From Craspedostauros australis (Eukaryota): a DNA stretch of 61,086 nucleotides. The position numbers and the translations under genes were made by a program. The stretch lies in the NCBI GenBank assembly GCA_030167865.1, contig JALAGF010005890.1, positions 1 to 61,086 on the forward strand. Reading direction: 5' to 3'. Positions 24,239 to 37,000 of the stretch are shown one piece after another (positions within the stretch are counted from its first letter, which is position 1; every line of letters starts with the position of its first letter). Under the pieces are notes generated by a model. That model saw nothing but the letters and a program-made list of their open reading frames with translations. It had not been told where the DNA came from and ran no database searches.

Positions 24239-24812
24239 GATGTTGCGTCTTTGGTTGCTTTTCTTGTTCTTTGGTTGGTCGATTCCGTTCGATCGAATGC
24301 GGTTGCACAACTGAAGAGTATGCCTATTCTCACTTGTGCGTGTGTGTCTTGCAATACCTGCGATGTGTGCGTCGTACGTCGCTCACAGAGAGCAGAGTCG
24401 TCTGTTCGGTTCGGCCTCTGGTCGATTTCGGTGGTGCCAAAGAGAGCAATCAAGTGCCAGCGATCATCGTCATCGGATCCATCCTGTTCTGAATCATCAT
24501 CTGGAAGTGCGATTCGGTTGATGCCAAAAAGATACGCTGGTGCGCCACGTTGTTGTTGTGGTTGAGAATGTCTAGTTGAGACTGTATCTGTACTTCACAG
24601 CAAATCTGGCGACTGCCAAGACCAATGAGTGTAGAGTAGACAACTTGCAAACTTGAGAAACATGATACGAGGACGACTATTGGGAGAGGAGCAACATCAT
24701 AAAATATAGTATGTGTATAATATTATACCTTGTTGAATATACGGTACACCGCTTGAAAGCTGCATCGTGTTCGATGTGGTACCATGCAATCCAAAGTTAT
24801 GCTCCTTGATTA

Positions 24813-26597
24813 TTATTGCTGCATACCAAGACGCTTCGCAACTTCTGTGAGATACAGATCCATCTGATAGGGTTGTCGATGATCAAATAGCGGCTGGTAG
24901 GCTTCGACCAATGCAGCTTTGCGCTGGTATTCGGAATCCGGTTGGCTGAGGATGTATTCGATCGATTTGATGAAGGTTTGTTGATTCGTCATGTTGGCGA
25001 AATAGGACAGCTCCTTCCACGGCACGAAGGGCGGCATGATGTCGTACTGTTGGGGCGCAGTGAAGATGGGCACCGTACCCGACATGACAGTGTCCATGAG
25101 CCGATTGGCGCCCCAAGTATCGCCGCGGACGTGAAAGCCGTACTTTGATTTGGCCAGGGTTGGGCACTGGATCCCTTTTCCACACGCACCTACCGAATAG
25201 TTTCCCTGTCGCAGCCAGTCGCACAAATGCATTCGATCGTGGAAGTTCGGATCGTCCACGTTGATCGACGCGATCATGGAGAAGTCGTAGATCTTGTTGC
25301 CGAGCGGTTCATGTTCGCACGCGGTGCCAATGTAGAACGAGGGGATCCTAAGTCGATCGTCATCAGACAAGGTGCATCCATGCGATGTGGAATCGACAGC
25401 GTTCGGTGGATGATTTCGTCGTTTGACAGGTGCATCCTGCCATTGCAGCGACTGCTGCAGCTGCCGCAGTTGCAGATGTCCATGTTCATGCAGAGGCTCA
25501 TGTTGATGCTCATTTGTATGCCCATGTTGGTGTTGATGCATGTACTCAGTTGTCTCATCCGCAATGGCCATGCTCGATTCGAACGCAATGTGATGGCAGT
25601 GGAGCAGGTTGGACAGCGTCTCGTACCTCCACTCTTGCCTGTAGCATGGTGATGATTCATCTCCGTAGTAGGGGCCTAGAGCCGAAGCAATGGCTTTGAA
25701 CAGACTCGGGAATTGACGGTAGATCCAGTACTTCTCCCGTCTTTCCTTTAGGCGCTGCGCCTTCGTCCGACGTGTCGGCTTGAGCAAGGGTTCGATCTTC
25801 GAATACGCATTCGGATGCGAGGCCACGAGGACATGATCCTTGCCACCGTTCCGTTGAAACCACGGTGACCGCCCCAGTGCCTCGTCAGCACGATTCAGCA
25901 GTCGCAGTAGGCCCTGCCTTCGATTCATCTCAAACACGTCCGAGCTTGTCAAATTGACACAGAACGCATCGTTGTATTCGGTGTAGTTGGAGATCTGAGG
26001 CAGAGGGGATTTTGGATCGTACGTCGTCGTGCAGACTGTTTTGTTCGGAAAGGTCACCACCCAGTTCCAAAGCATCGGCACGAAGAAGAGCTGGGCCTCG
26101 GAGGGTTCCAAGGTGCGCATGGGGTGGTTCTGCGCCGCGAAATAGAACCAGTAATCATCGTGATGCTTGAAGTCCAACTCGCCTGGCATCTCCCGAAATG
26201 GCACGCCGTCGAAAGTCATGTTCGACCAATCGAAATCAATGTCATCGTAGATGTAGAACGGGACCTGAAGTGCATTCGGTGATCCATGAAATGGTGGCAA
26301 CGACATCGATGGTTGTTGCTGGGCCAATTCTTGATGCAATTCTTGATGCAATGCTTGATGCTGCGTGTGCCAGCGAGGCATGACATCGCGGACTACGGAA
26401 GGGTCATCATCATGTGGCAGGAGGACATGAATATACACGCCCGGCATCAGCGCAACTATCATGAGTGCGACTGCCAAGGCAATGATCATCCTGCTTTGCT
26501 TGCACTTTGCATGATGATTACTGGTACGTTTCAAAGTACCCATACGAGCACGAGGTATTGTTTTGCCATCACCATTCATTGCCCGACCATTTGGCAC
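24813..26597 (-). CDS. Exostosin family glycosyltransferase (GT47), type II membrane protein
   Basis: N-terminal TM, FYIYD, HPMRTLEPSEAQLFFVP, WFQRNGGKDHV, GDTWGANRLMDTVMSGTVPIF. Confidence 0.85.
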   Translation of the reverse strand: MPNGRAMNGDGKTIPRARMGTLKRTSNHHAKCKQSRMIIALAVALMIVALMPGVYIHVLLPHDDDPSVVRDVMPRWHTQHQALHQELHQELAQQQPSMSLPPFHGSPNALQVPFYIYDDIDFDWSNMTFDGVPFREMPGELDFKHHDDYWFYFAAQNHPMRTLEPSEAQLFFVPMLWNWVVTFPNKTVCTTTYDPKSPLPQISNYTEYNDAFCVNLTSSDVFEMNRRQGLLRLLNRADEALGRSPWFQRNGGKDHVLVASHPNAYSKIEPLLKPTRRTKAQRLKERREKYWIYRQFPSLFKAIASALGPYYGDESSPCYRQEWRYETLSNLLHCHHIAFESSMAIADETTEYMHQHQHGHTNEHQHEPLHEHGHLQLRQLQQSLQWQDAPVKRRNHPPNAVDSTSHGCTLSDDDRLRIPSFYIGTACEHEPLGNKIYDFSMIASINVDDPNFHDRMHLCDWLRQGNYSVGACGKGIQCPTLAKSKYGFHVRGDTWGANRLMDTVMSGTVPIFTAPQQYDIMPPFVPWKELSYFANMTNQQTFIKSIEYILSQPDSEYQRKAALVEAYQPLFDHRQPYQMDLYLTEVAKRLGMQQ

Positions 26598-27707
26598 CCT
26601 TCGATCCTTCTATCTTGAGCCGGTGTATGGTAGCGTACTGCGTCATGCGTCATGCAATGCGCAATGAGAGATGTGTGGTGCGTTGTGGCGTATAGGAGTG
26701 TGGGTTGGCGCAATGACAGTGCAACCCTTCAATTGTTGGCATACCAATACCATGCACTACCTATACAGCGAGGATGGCCAATGCGGGCGCACCAATGGTT
26801 GCTGCAGTGAGGTGATGGGTGTGTCTCCGTCGTTGGTGTTGGCTTGACTCTGTGTCGTGTCTCCCCATTCGTTGTTGGTGAATGGCGACGTTGAGTCGTG
26901 GATAGCAATTTCATGAACAATCGCATCGACCGCTTTGACTAAAACATTATTCAACCGTATTATAACGTCTTGTGAACAATCAAACGGAACGTCTTCCACG
27001 CTTCTGATTGGCTCCACGTACATCTCAGTACCATCGGCTCGTGACACAACAAAGCCGATTTTTCGGTGTCGGAGACAGACACAAGTGCACAGAGAAACAC
27101 ACTGCAAACTTCACTCCAGTGCGGAACTTGATGCCGTTGTTGGTGGTGTGCTTTTTTGCGCTCGCCCTCGCCTCTTCCGTGCGCGCAGCCATGCTGGTCA
27201 CTCGTGGTTTTTGGTGGCAACCGTCGCTGTTGGCAGCAGGTTCTTGTGGGTGTTGCCTCTGTCGCGGTACAAAAAGCTACTGATCATGCCGTACGAAATC
27301 CGAAACGAAGGGGAAAATCACGTGGAGGAGCAGCAAAAGAGATCCCACCCGAATGCCACCACGCAGATGTGATCCTCTTCTCAACAAGGAATGAAGAGAA
27401 AGGAACAAACGAACAAGGAGAGACAACGCAACAAACTTCCATCCCAAACTTCACTTACCGCGGCACAATCGCGACCAACAGCTCTCAATCTCAATCATCC
27501 CTCCGACAACACCATCCACAACAACTGCGCAAAATAGCACGACCCAATCCACACGAAGAGAGCGAACGAGTAACCGCCCGCCCAAGAGAAAGAGCCATCT
27601 CCCTCCTCTTCCAACCAACCAGGTGACTGCCCAACCATCGCTCACTCACCAACCAACCAACCAACCAACCATTGCAATAACTTCACACCATCAGGCAGAC
27701 ACAAAGC

Positions 27708-30441
27708 ATGGCCAACGCAAAGTTCATCCTGAAGAGGACCAACGCGGGCAGCACACGCAACGGGAAAGAGGGAAGCGAAACGGAAACGTCCGAAGACACG
27801 GCATCACCATCCGCATCGCCAAAGCGTGGCAATAGCAACAGCCACACCAACAGTAACAGTAACAGTAACAATAACACACTGCAACGAACCCCAACAAAGG
27901 CAGGATCCCAAGCCGAGGCAGAAGTGGCGGCAACACTCGCGGGAGCAATTATGAGCATCGAGAAGATCAATGGAAGTCCCAGGGCCAAAATCGCACAAGC
28001 TGGTGAGGCGAACAACGCAAGGCCGAAGGTGAACGTCCAGGTGAACGTCAAGGTGGAGGCAGAAAACAGCTCCCAAAGCAACAACAGCAACCAAAGCAAC
28101 GAGGAGAAGGGAAAGCCACCAGCCACCATCATCGCCGAAGATCCCTCACCGTCTTCGCCGACAAAGCCGAAGCTGGAGGAGAACACCACACCGAGCACAG
28201 CCTGCACAGAGCCGACAACGTCATCCCCCGTCTCCGACGATTCGGACGACGACCCGCAATCCCAGTCTCAGCAACGGCAGCAGCAGCAGCACAGCGGCCT
28301 GCTCTCCATCAGCCAAGGCTTCAGCCAATCCGATGAGCACATCCGGCAGCTGGACAACGAGGGCGCCTTGAAGCAGGTCATCGGATCGCAGTCCATCCTG
28401 TCTCAGGAGCTCCTGGGCAACTCGCAACGCACCATGGAGGACGATTCGAGGCAGGGCGGCATCGCCCTGGGCTACTCCGCCAGCCAGTCGCAGGCCATGT
28501 CGATGTCCATGTCCATGTCTGTGGGTCGCCGCCTGGATCTGCTGTCGCAGCAGAGCGTTGGTCTTGCGCCGCTGTCGCAGGACAGCAGGGCGGGGATGGG
28601 GCTCATGCAGGAAACACCAGGACTGGGGCTCATGTCGCAAGAGAGCAAGATCGCCCAGCTGGACAGCTACAAGATCGGGGCCTCGCAGACCGAGTCCCAG
28701 CTGCGTCGCAACATCGAGAGGGAGTTTGCTGAGTCCCAATTCACCAACAGGAGCAGCGCCAAGCGCGGGTTGGACGGCATGGACTCGCAGAACGTCTCCC
28801 CGTCCAGGCAGCTCGCCCGCGCCGCATCAAGGCTGCCGGGCCTCAATCTGTCCCAGAGCAGCCAGAACACGCCCTTGCGCAGTGATGAGAACTTCGGTTC
28901 CCTGCTCGACGCCGTCCAGGTCATCACGGAGCAGGAGGAGATCAACAGCAAGCTCCATGACTTCGTCCACAACTCCAACAAACGCAGCACGGACATCTTC
29001 GAGAACGAGCTGCGGGCAGGCTCTCCGACAAGCCCCATGACATCGCGTGCCAAGAAGGACGCCGACACCGTCGCCTTCTCGTTGAAGCGCAGTCCCAAAA
29101 AGCCAAAACCCAAAGCACCATCGCCAAAACCCAAAGCACAAAGCAAGGCGAAGGCAGGCGCGGCTGCGACCCCAAAGATCACTCCGACAAAGAAGCGAAA
29201 GGCGGGTGCTGACAAAGCCGGATCCGCTGAGAAGCCAAAGACGCCGCGCTCACTGTCTCCGACCAGGAAATCCGTGAAAAAGAACGAGCTGCAGAAAGCG
29301 CAGGAGATCGCCAAACGAGCAGCAGCCTTGGCAGAGCGCACAGCCAAAGACCCGGACATGACCAAGAAACTCCTGTTGAGTATGGCGTTGGTGCGCATCA
29401 ATCCAAGAACGGCACCGTCCGTCTGGCCCGCCAAGGGTTCCGTCATTCCAGAGGGCTTCTTCTGGGCCCATTATCCGCCGCTCGAGGGAGGTACGTTGTG
29501 CTCCAGGAGTGTTGTGAGACATGTCGCAACACCATCTGGTAATCCCATGCGTCGTTGCCTTCGTCGTCATCTTCGCGAAATGAAACGAAACAAAACTGTG
29601 TCCACTCACTGAATGATGAATCTCCGTGCTGTTTGCATCTTCTCATGTTCACACGGCTCGTGTGATGACCACGTCGCACACTCTTGTCGTCGCCGTCTTC
29701 TTCTTTCGCTCGTGCCAAACGCAATTCGCAGTGCTGAAAGATCGCATGGCAGAGTATTACGAACTGTCCACAACCAAGTGCCAGTCCGCTCACCAGCAAG
29801 CATTCAACAACGAGCTGGTTGTGCTGGTGCGCAAGGAGGCCACAGAACAAGGCTGGGAGTTCGACGACTCGTTCAGCGACAAGGTGCTGCGAGATCGCAT
29901 CCGGTGCTACTACAAGACGCACATTCAGAACGCCAAGAAGCGTCTGCGAACGATGGTGCGCAACCCGACCAAGAAGGCCAACGCGAGGCACCTGTGCGCC
30001 CATCTCGATCTGATCGAGAAGCACCAGGCTGAGGAGTCGCAAAAGAACAAGGCAGCAGCAGACGCTGCCGCCGCAGCCAAGGCCTTGGAGGCAGAGACCA
30101 GCAAGCTGCCCTCGCCAACGACTGCTACTACAACGGTGATGGCTACGCCTCCTGTGGCGGTAGCGACTGCGGTGGCAGCGCCAATGGTGACGGTCACGGC
30201 CACCGTGGCCGCCATGCCGGAGCCCACGGTATCTCCGAAGAGAAAGATGAACCAGGAGGACTCCGCGGTTGCCGATGCTGCCAATACCCCTGCGCCCGTC
30301 GCCAAGAAGGCCAGAACATGTGGCGACAGTGAAATGAGCAAACCTTCAGCACCCGCACCTGTCAAGGTGGAGCAGCAGAACGTCATAACCATCACTCCCG
30401 GCATTTCTCTGTCACAAACCAAGGAGGTTGCTTCTGTCTGA
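27708..30441 (+). CDS. Hypothetical nuclear protein with SQ-cluster region and C-terminal helical domain; exons 27708-29490, 29732-30441
   Basis: Intron 29491-29731 (GTACGT..CAG) joins [41 protein letters not shown]; basic NLS-like stretches. Confidence 0.8.
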
Positions 30442-31065
30442 CGATAACACTTGATCGTTGCCACAACCCAACTTCGGCTGCGAGCACGAGTGTGAGCAAA
30501 GTGCTGTGCGCAGGCACAGGGATGAGGCGCATGCGTCGTGGCCATTGGTAAGCAGCAGCACACACTTACTCGCACTATACTTTTTGTTGGGGAGAGAGTA
30601 TTCCACAAATTTTAGCATGAATCTAAACAAATTTAAACACAAAAACCAAAGTGTGATGAAGAGGGATGGAATGGGGCTCTAGCCGACAGCATGTTATGGG
30701 ATGATCTATTGCTTTCATGGAATGGTATGTTTACAAGAACCACACAGCGGTGCGTTCGATCCTATGTTGCGTGTTGATCCTTCCGGTGCTCGTAGACTTC
30801 CAAATGAAGTTAGGCATGTGATCGTGGATCGTTCCATTGCATTGACGTCAGCATGAATGATCGCTCTTCCATCCGACAATTGTGCGATGATTTTAGCTTT
30901 CTCTGCAGCCAAAGTGACGAATCGGATCCATCACACAGAACAGCGATCAGAACACACACAAACACAGAAGACACACAAAAACTTCACCGTGTTGCGGGAA
31001 GTGTTGGCGAGTGGACCACGAGCTATTCGTAAACAGAAATCAACAAGAAAGCAAAGAAGATGGGA

Positions 31066-31120
31066 ACAGCACAGCACGACACAACACGACACAACACGAC
31101 ACAACACAACGCAACACAAC
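31066..31120 (+). repeat. Imperfect pentanucleotide microsatellite (ACAAC/ACGAC)
   Basis: Directly visible tandem array. Confidence 0.85.
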
Positions 31121-31490
31121 AAAGAACATCCAAACACTCATCTCTCGCGTTCACAATCCATCCACCTGCACACTTCGTTGCCAACCCTTATTGGTCGTAA
31201 TTCATCCCCTCCATCCATTCATTGACCAATCTGTGGATTCAGAGTGTCACAGGTTTGACTTGACTTGGCTTGACTTGAGTTGATCCAAGTGGTACGAAGA
31301 AGTACCAGACATAGCTCGTACCGCAGCGATCACACAGAGCAACAACACAAGTGAGAAAACAACTCAAGGAGGCGGAAAGGATCGCAAAAGAGCAAGAAAG
31401 CAACAGAGCAGCAGAGAGGGCAACCAGCGAGACGCCGACCACCGCAGCAGCAGCAGCAGAAGTAGCAGCCGAAGACATTAAAACAGAATC

Positions 31491-33670
31491 ATGGCAGCCT
31501 TCAACCGCCCCACAGAGGCGACGTACGAGATCCATGAGAACGTAAAGGTGGATACATTAGGTGCGTACTATTCTATAATAATATAGTATGGAACTACGCT
31601 TTGATGTCGGGAACGGCTGCATGCTGTTCTTTGGCTGCTGTTGATGATAATGGGCGACCTGTGTTGGACCATTCTGGGGGAGATGCAACATTGCCGACCA
31701 CTCAATCATTCAACCACTCGCTCACTCACACCATTCCCTCGTTGCTTTCTTTCTTTGGTGATGCGGCGCCGATGTATTCAACCTTCACAGACAATGAGGA
31801 TCACACCTTCTGGTGAGTGCGACGGCGGCGCGATCGCTCATGTCAGACGATTGGCTCCAATTCAACAGAGCTATCATTTGGGAAATTCCGTTCGGACCGA
31901 TGCTTCTCGTGGCACACAGCTACACAGCCACACGAGCAATCTGCCGTGCTCGACAATCATTCTCGTTTCTCACTCTCTTGTGTTTTTCCTGTACCCCACT
32001 CTCCGATTCCAATCGCAATACATGCCACACCGTACCACACCATCTCATCATCGGCCTATTGATTGGCCTGTTGTGGTGCCATACGCGTACTCTCACCACG
32101 TTCATGGTGCACATCATCTCCTCCCACTGCGCGACATCATTCATCGCTCTGCCTTTGCAGCGGGATCATGTTCCCCATCAAATGCAAGGACCTCCTGCCG
32201 CTGGATCATCTGGTCATCAAGAGCATCGCGGTGCGTGGCTACTTGGGTCCACTCACTGTCTGGGTCAGCAAGGAGATCATCGAGGAGGGCCGCCAGCATC
32301 AGCACCAAACCAGCGACCAACTGGAGTTGCGAAGGAATACCTCGCACAAGTTCAAGTTGAAGGCAAAGCACTGGGACAAGCTCTACGAGAAAACCCACAG
32401 TCCATCCGTTCGCACCTACTGCAGCTTGGAACTCGACAAGCCCATCGTCCTCAAACCAGGCCAAGTGCGCGCCATTTACATACACTCCACCCTGCCTGGT
32501 GATCAGGCCATCGTCTACGACAACAGTCATTACCACGGCAGCAAGAAGCGCTATCAGGATGACAAGCTCGTCATCCACTCCGGCCGGGCTCACGTCTCGA
32601 CGGAGGTCTTCGGACGACGGCCCATCTGGGGATGGGGCAATGCCTGGAGAGAGCGCCGCGAGTTCGTCGGCAAGCTGGAGTACGGCGCCGTCTACAAGCT
32701 GTGGAATCCGCACATGCACCTCAAGTTCGGCGGAAACTTCCAGGAGGGCGCCCGCGCCTTGATGATGTGCCAGCGAAGGTGGGAATCGCCCTGGAGCAGA
32801 CTCCCGGATGAATGCATCTACTACATCCTCAACATGTGCCGCTGGGACTGGTTCGAGGATAACAGCAAGGGCATGAAGTTGCGCAGGAAGAAGGAAAAGT
32901 CCAAGCTCAAGGCCATCCTTCAGCAGAAGCAGGAAGAGGATAAGAAGGAGAAAGCAGCGGCGGCAGAGGCGGCAGTTCAGCAAGAAGAAAAAGAGGACGA
33001 CGGTGACAAGAAAGTATCCGCCAAACCCGCTGGAGTGGCAGGCATGATTACTGCGGCCGTGCACGCGGCAGGTACTGTTGCTGCGGTTGCTACCGCAAAA
33101 CCTGCCATGTCAGCCATGTCTGGAATGCCCCACAGGACGCCATGTAGTAAGAAGCGAAGTGCGGATGATATGATCGTTGCCGACAACCAAAAGCCATCCT
33201 CACAAAGCAGTGATGACGACGACGACGATGGTCAGGGAGGAGAAGATTCTGATGACGACATCGATGATGAATGCTTTGAAAGTGCGGATGAAAGATTTTT
33301 CATTGATGTGGAACAGGGCGAAGAAGAAGATCACGAGGATCAAGTAATTGTCGCTGCCAACGCCGATGACTCTTCATCCGACGACGACGATTGGTCGGCC
33401 GACGATGGATACCACAGGGCCAACATCCGAGCGTTCGACTTTGATGACGTCGATTCCGACGTCAGCGACGATGAGCAAGACGACGAGGGACCTCAGAGCG
33501 CTCGGTCGCAGCGTCAGGATTGGTTGCGACGCCAGTTCGCCCGCATTCATGTGCTGCGGGCGCTGGGCAACATGGACGACGACGATGTGAGGGTCGTCTT
33601 CCAGCACTTGGATGACAACGACGAGTACGGAGAAGACGACGATGATGAAGACGAAGACGAGGGATACTAG
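31491..33670 (+). CDS. Hypothetical protein with acidic C-terminus; exons 31491-31560, 31791-31812, 32161-33670
   Basis: Two GT-AG introns and a 22-nt exon restore MAAFNRP..VDTLDNEDHTFCGIMFPIKCK..; strong GC3 codon bias. Confidence 0.75.
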
Positions 33671-34024
33671 ACAAGGCGACCACAGCTACAACAGTGACTT
33701 AACAACAAACATGCGAGCACATACTCGTGGTTTGGCAACTCTGCTGAAAAAAGAATGTAAAATAATATCATAGTTTAGTTGAACAAGTAAGTGAACATGA
33801 CAAATATTATACGAGACAGTTGCAGAGATGTATATTCAAATGGAAGACAAGGATCAGTTGAACGAATTCCTCCTTGAGGTTACACTTTCCAACACGAGCT
33901 AGAGTCCTCCTCCGCAGAGTCTCACTGAGTCGCTCAACGAGTATGAAGAGTTGTTGCTAGATTATTGTTGGTATTGTTGTGGTTGCTGCGGTTGTTGTTG
34001 CTATGGTGCGAGTACGCAGCTGCT

Positions 34025-37000
34025 TCACATTATGTGTTCAGGTTGCTGATGGTACTGCTGATGATCTGCTACTTCTTCCTCTGGATCGTCGTCATGATTC
34101 TTCTTCCACAGACCTTCCGACAGCACCCATCGGAATGGTTTGGAGGGATTGTGCTGGTTGCCCCATTCATGACGCGGGACGGGGTTGTGGATGCTGGCAC
34201 GCACCTGCTTGGCCCATTGGTCGACGAGCAGCACGCTGTCGCCGCTGTTGTACGAGGTGCGGTTGCGGAAGAACTTACCCAAGCGCTCGTCCTCGTACTC
34301 GTGAAGGTCCTGCTCCTTGCCTTCCTTGTACTCCTCCTGGAAGGCATGCAGGTTGGCCATGGAGTGTCGCACGGCATCGCGCACATGCAGGTAGGCGACG
34401 CGCGCCAAGTACATGCGGAAGACGGCGTTGAGCTTGTTGGCCGACTTCAATTGCTCCTGGCTGCGGATGCGCTCCAGCACCTCGAAGGCCTTATGGCGCA
34501 GGAAGACCTTCGACTTGCCGAGCTGAATTCCAGTCTTTGCCCAATCGGCGCTCGCGTTGGAGCTGGATCCGCGGTTGGATGTCTTGCCAGCAGGCGCAGG
34601 ACTGGAGGGTGGCTTGGTGAAGGTCGTCTGCGGCTTCTCCCACGGCGTGAGGCGCTTCGACGACTTGGGTGTGTTGGTCGTGCTGTTGTTGACCGAGTAC
34701 GGCACGGGCGGCAGACCGGACTTGGTGCCAGGCGCAGCGCGCTTGGACCATGCCGGTGGCGGCGTCGCGGCTTGGTACGAGTAGCTCTTGGCCTTGGCGG
34801 CCGGCGGGGTCATCGGCGCATCCTGCGTCTGGCTGTTCTCGCTGTCGTCGTCGCGATTCTCCTCGAGCTCCACCTGCTGCAGCTTGCGGCACAGGATCTT
34901 GATGAGCTCCTTGCACAATGGCCGTGGATCGACCTTGGGCTGCTCCTCAAGCCTGTTCTTCTCCGCCGTGTGCGGCTTCTGCTGCATGTAGACACCGCGG
35001 AAGCCAGAGTTCTTGGTCGACGACCGCTGCGGGCTGCTGTTCCACGCGCCGGCAAAACCGCCGCCGTAGCTGGAGCGCGCCCCCATGCCGTACGACTTGT
35101 TCTTCAGCTCCTTCCACGCCAGGCATCGGTACCGTCGCATGAAGTCCTCGTGCTGGTAGTGGTTGGAGAATCCGGCCCGGGCCACACGGACAGCCTCCAG
35201 GATACCGCCGCACCGCAGCTGCTCCGCCACGGCGGCCTGATCGAAGTGATCCGGCACGAGCTCGTCGTTGGGCTTGAGGCAGCGGATGTAGTGGGGCGAC
35301 ATGTGATCCACCTTGTCACGAAGGAGCTTGAGCTGACGGCGGAACTGCCCGCCTACGGTCGTGCGACCGACCGAGGAGTCCTGTCGGCGCGCCTTGTGCG
35401 GCGTGTCGATGAGCTTGGCCGCCTCCTCGTTGCGTCCGTTTTCAATGACGTCGGCAAGCAGACGGATGAAGGGGTTGAGACTGTGCTGCAGCAGCTCCGC
35501 CGTTTCCTTGGGCAGCTCGTCGCGGTTCTTCTCCACAAAGCCGTCCGTCGTGTACTCAACTGGACCGGCGTAGTGATGCACGGAGAATTTGAGCAACGCC
35601 GTCTGCTTGCGCGAGGCGCTGAATCGGTTCTGGTCCTTGCACTTCTTGTACACGCTGAGGGCGAAGGACTTGTCGGATGGACCCGGCGCACGGCACGTGT
35701 CGTCGAGGGTGCTGAGGATGCCCGTGCCGCGCTTCGAGATGAGGTCGAGGACGTCCTGGTTCTCCGGGAACTCCACGAAGCTCCAGTCGATGCCTTCGCG
35801 TTCGTACTCCGCCTGCTCGTTCTTGAGAACGAAGGCGTTGAACTGCTGCTGCAGGGTTTCGTTGCAGTAGTTGATGCAAAGCTGCTCGAAGGAGTTGACG
35901 ACGAAGGACTCGAATCCGAAGATGTCCAGGACTCCGATGCACGCCTGCGGCGACATCTCCTGCGGCACGGGCACCGGCTCGCCATTCTCATCGAGCTGGT
36001 ACTGCTGGAAGGCGATCGAATCGTTGATGCGTCCCACGAGGTAATCGAACAGCGCGCCGTAGGTCGCCTTGAGCAAGGCCTCGAGACCCTTCTCGGCCTG
36101 ATCGGCGTTGAGGGACCGGCGCACGTGCGTGTCGCGGCCGGCCGTGATGCAGAAGTGACACAGCGATTGGTTGAGGTCATCGGGCGTGACGCCGAGGAGA
36201 TGGCACACGGGCTCGAGGTGTATGTTCTGCTCGTCGAGGGCGCACTCCTGATCCATGTCGTGGAAGGTGAGGTTGGAGGCGTGGAGGAGGATGGCGGCGA
36301 TGGAGAAGACGTCGCTCTGCTCTTCCGCGGTGAACTTCATCATGTTGAGGGCGGTCTTGAGCGAGCCGAAGGTGTCGCGGTCGCACACGCCGTCGCGTCG
36401 GTCGTAGGTGCCGTTGGCCGTGATGCGGAAGTCGTCGACGTTGGCCGTGGAGGCGATGAAGAATTTGCGCAGCTCGGCCGCGCCCATGGCGCCGGACAGA
36501 ATCTCGTAGAAGATGTGGTAGTTGCGCTCGCCCGAGGCCTGCGTGACGAGACGGACCTTCTCGAGGAGGTAGACGTCGATCTTGGCACCGACGAGACGTC
36601 CGGTGCGGGTGAATTGGATTTCGATGAACTTTCCGAATCGGCTGGAGTTGTCGTTGCGGACGGTTCTGGCGTTTCCGAAACTCTCCAGGATGGGATTGCT
36701 CTGCAGGACCTTGGCCTCGATGGAGTTGAGGGATCCCGGACCGCCCAGGCAGGTGACGCTGGACAAGCCGAGGTCGTTTTCGCGGGAGGACGTCTTGCGC
36801 AGGGTGCCGGACCAACCGGTCTTCCATCCGCCGCCGACCCCGGACGTCCGTGGCGGCGTCATGGTGCGCTGCTCCTTGACCTTGAGGTAGGCGCGCTTCT
36901 CCGATGGCTGGTTGCCGGCACGTTGCGACAAGGCCGCGAGGTACTTCATGACGAATTTGGTGGTGACCGTCTTGCCTGCGCCGGACTCGCCGCTGACCAG

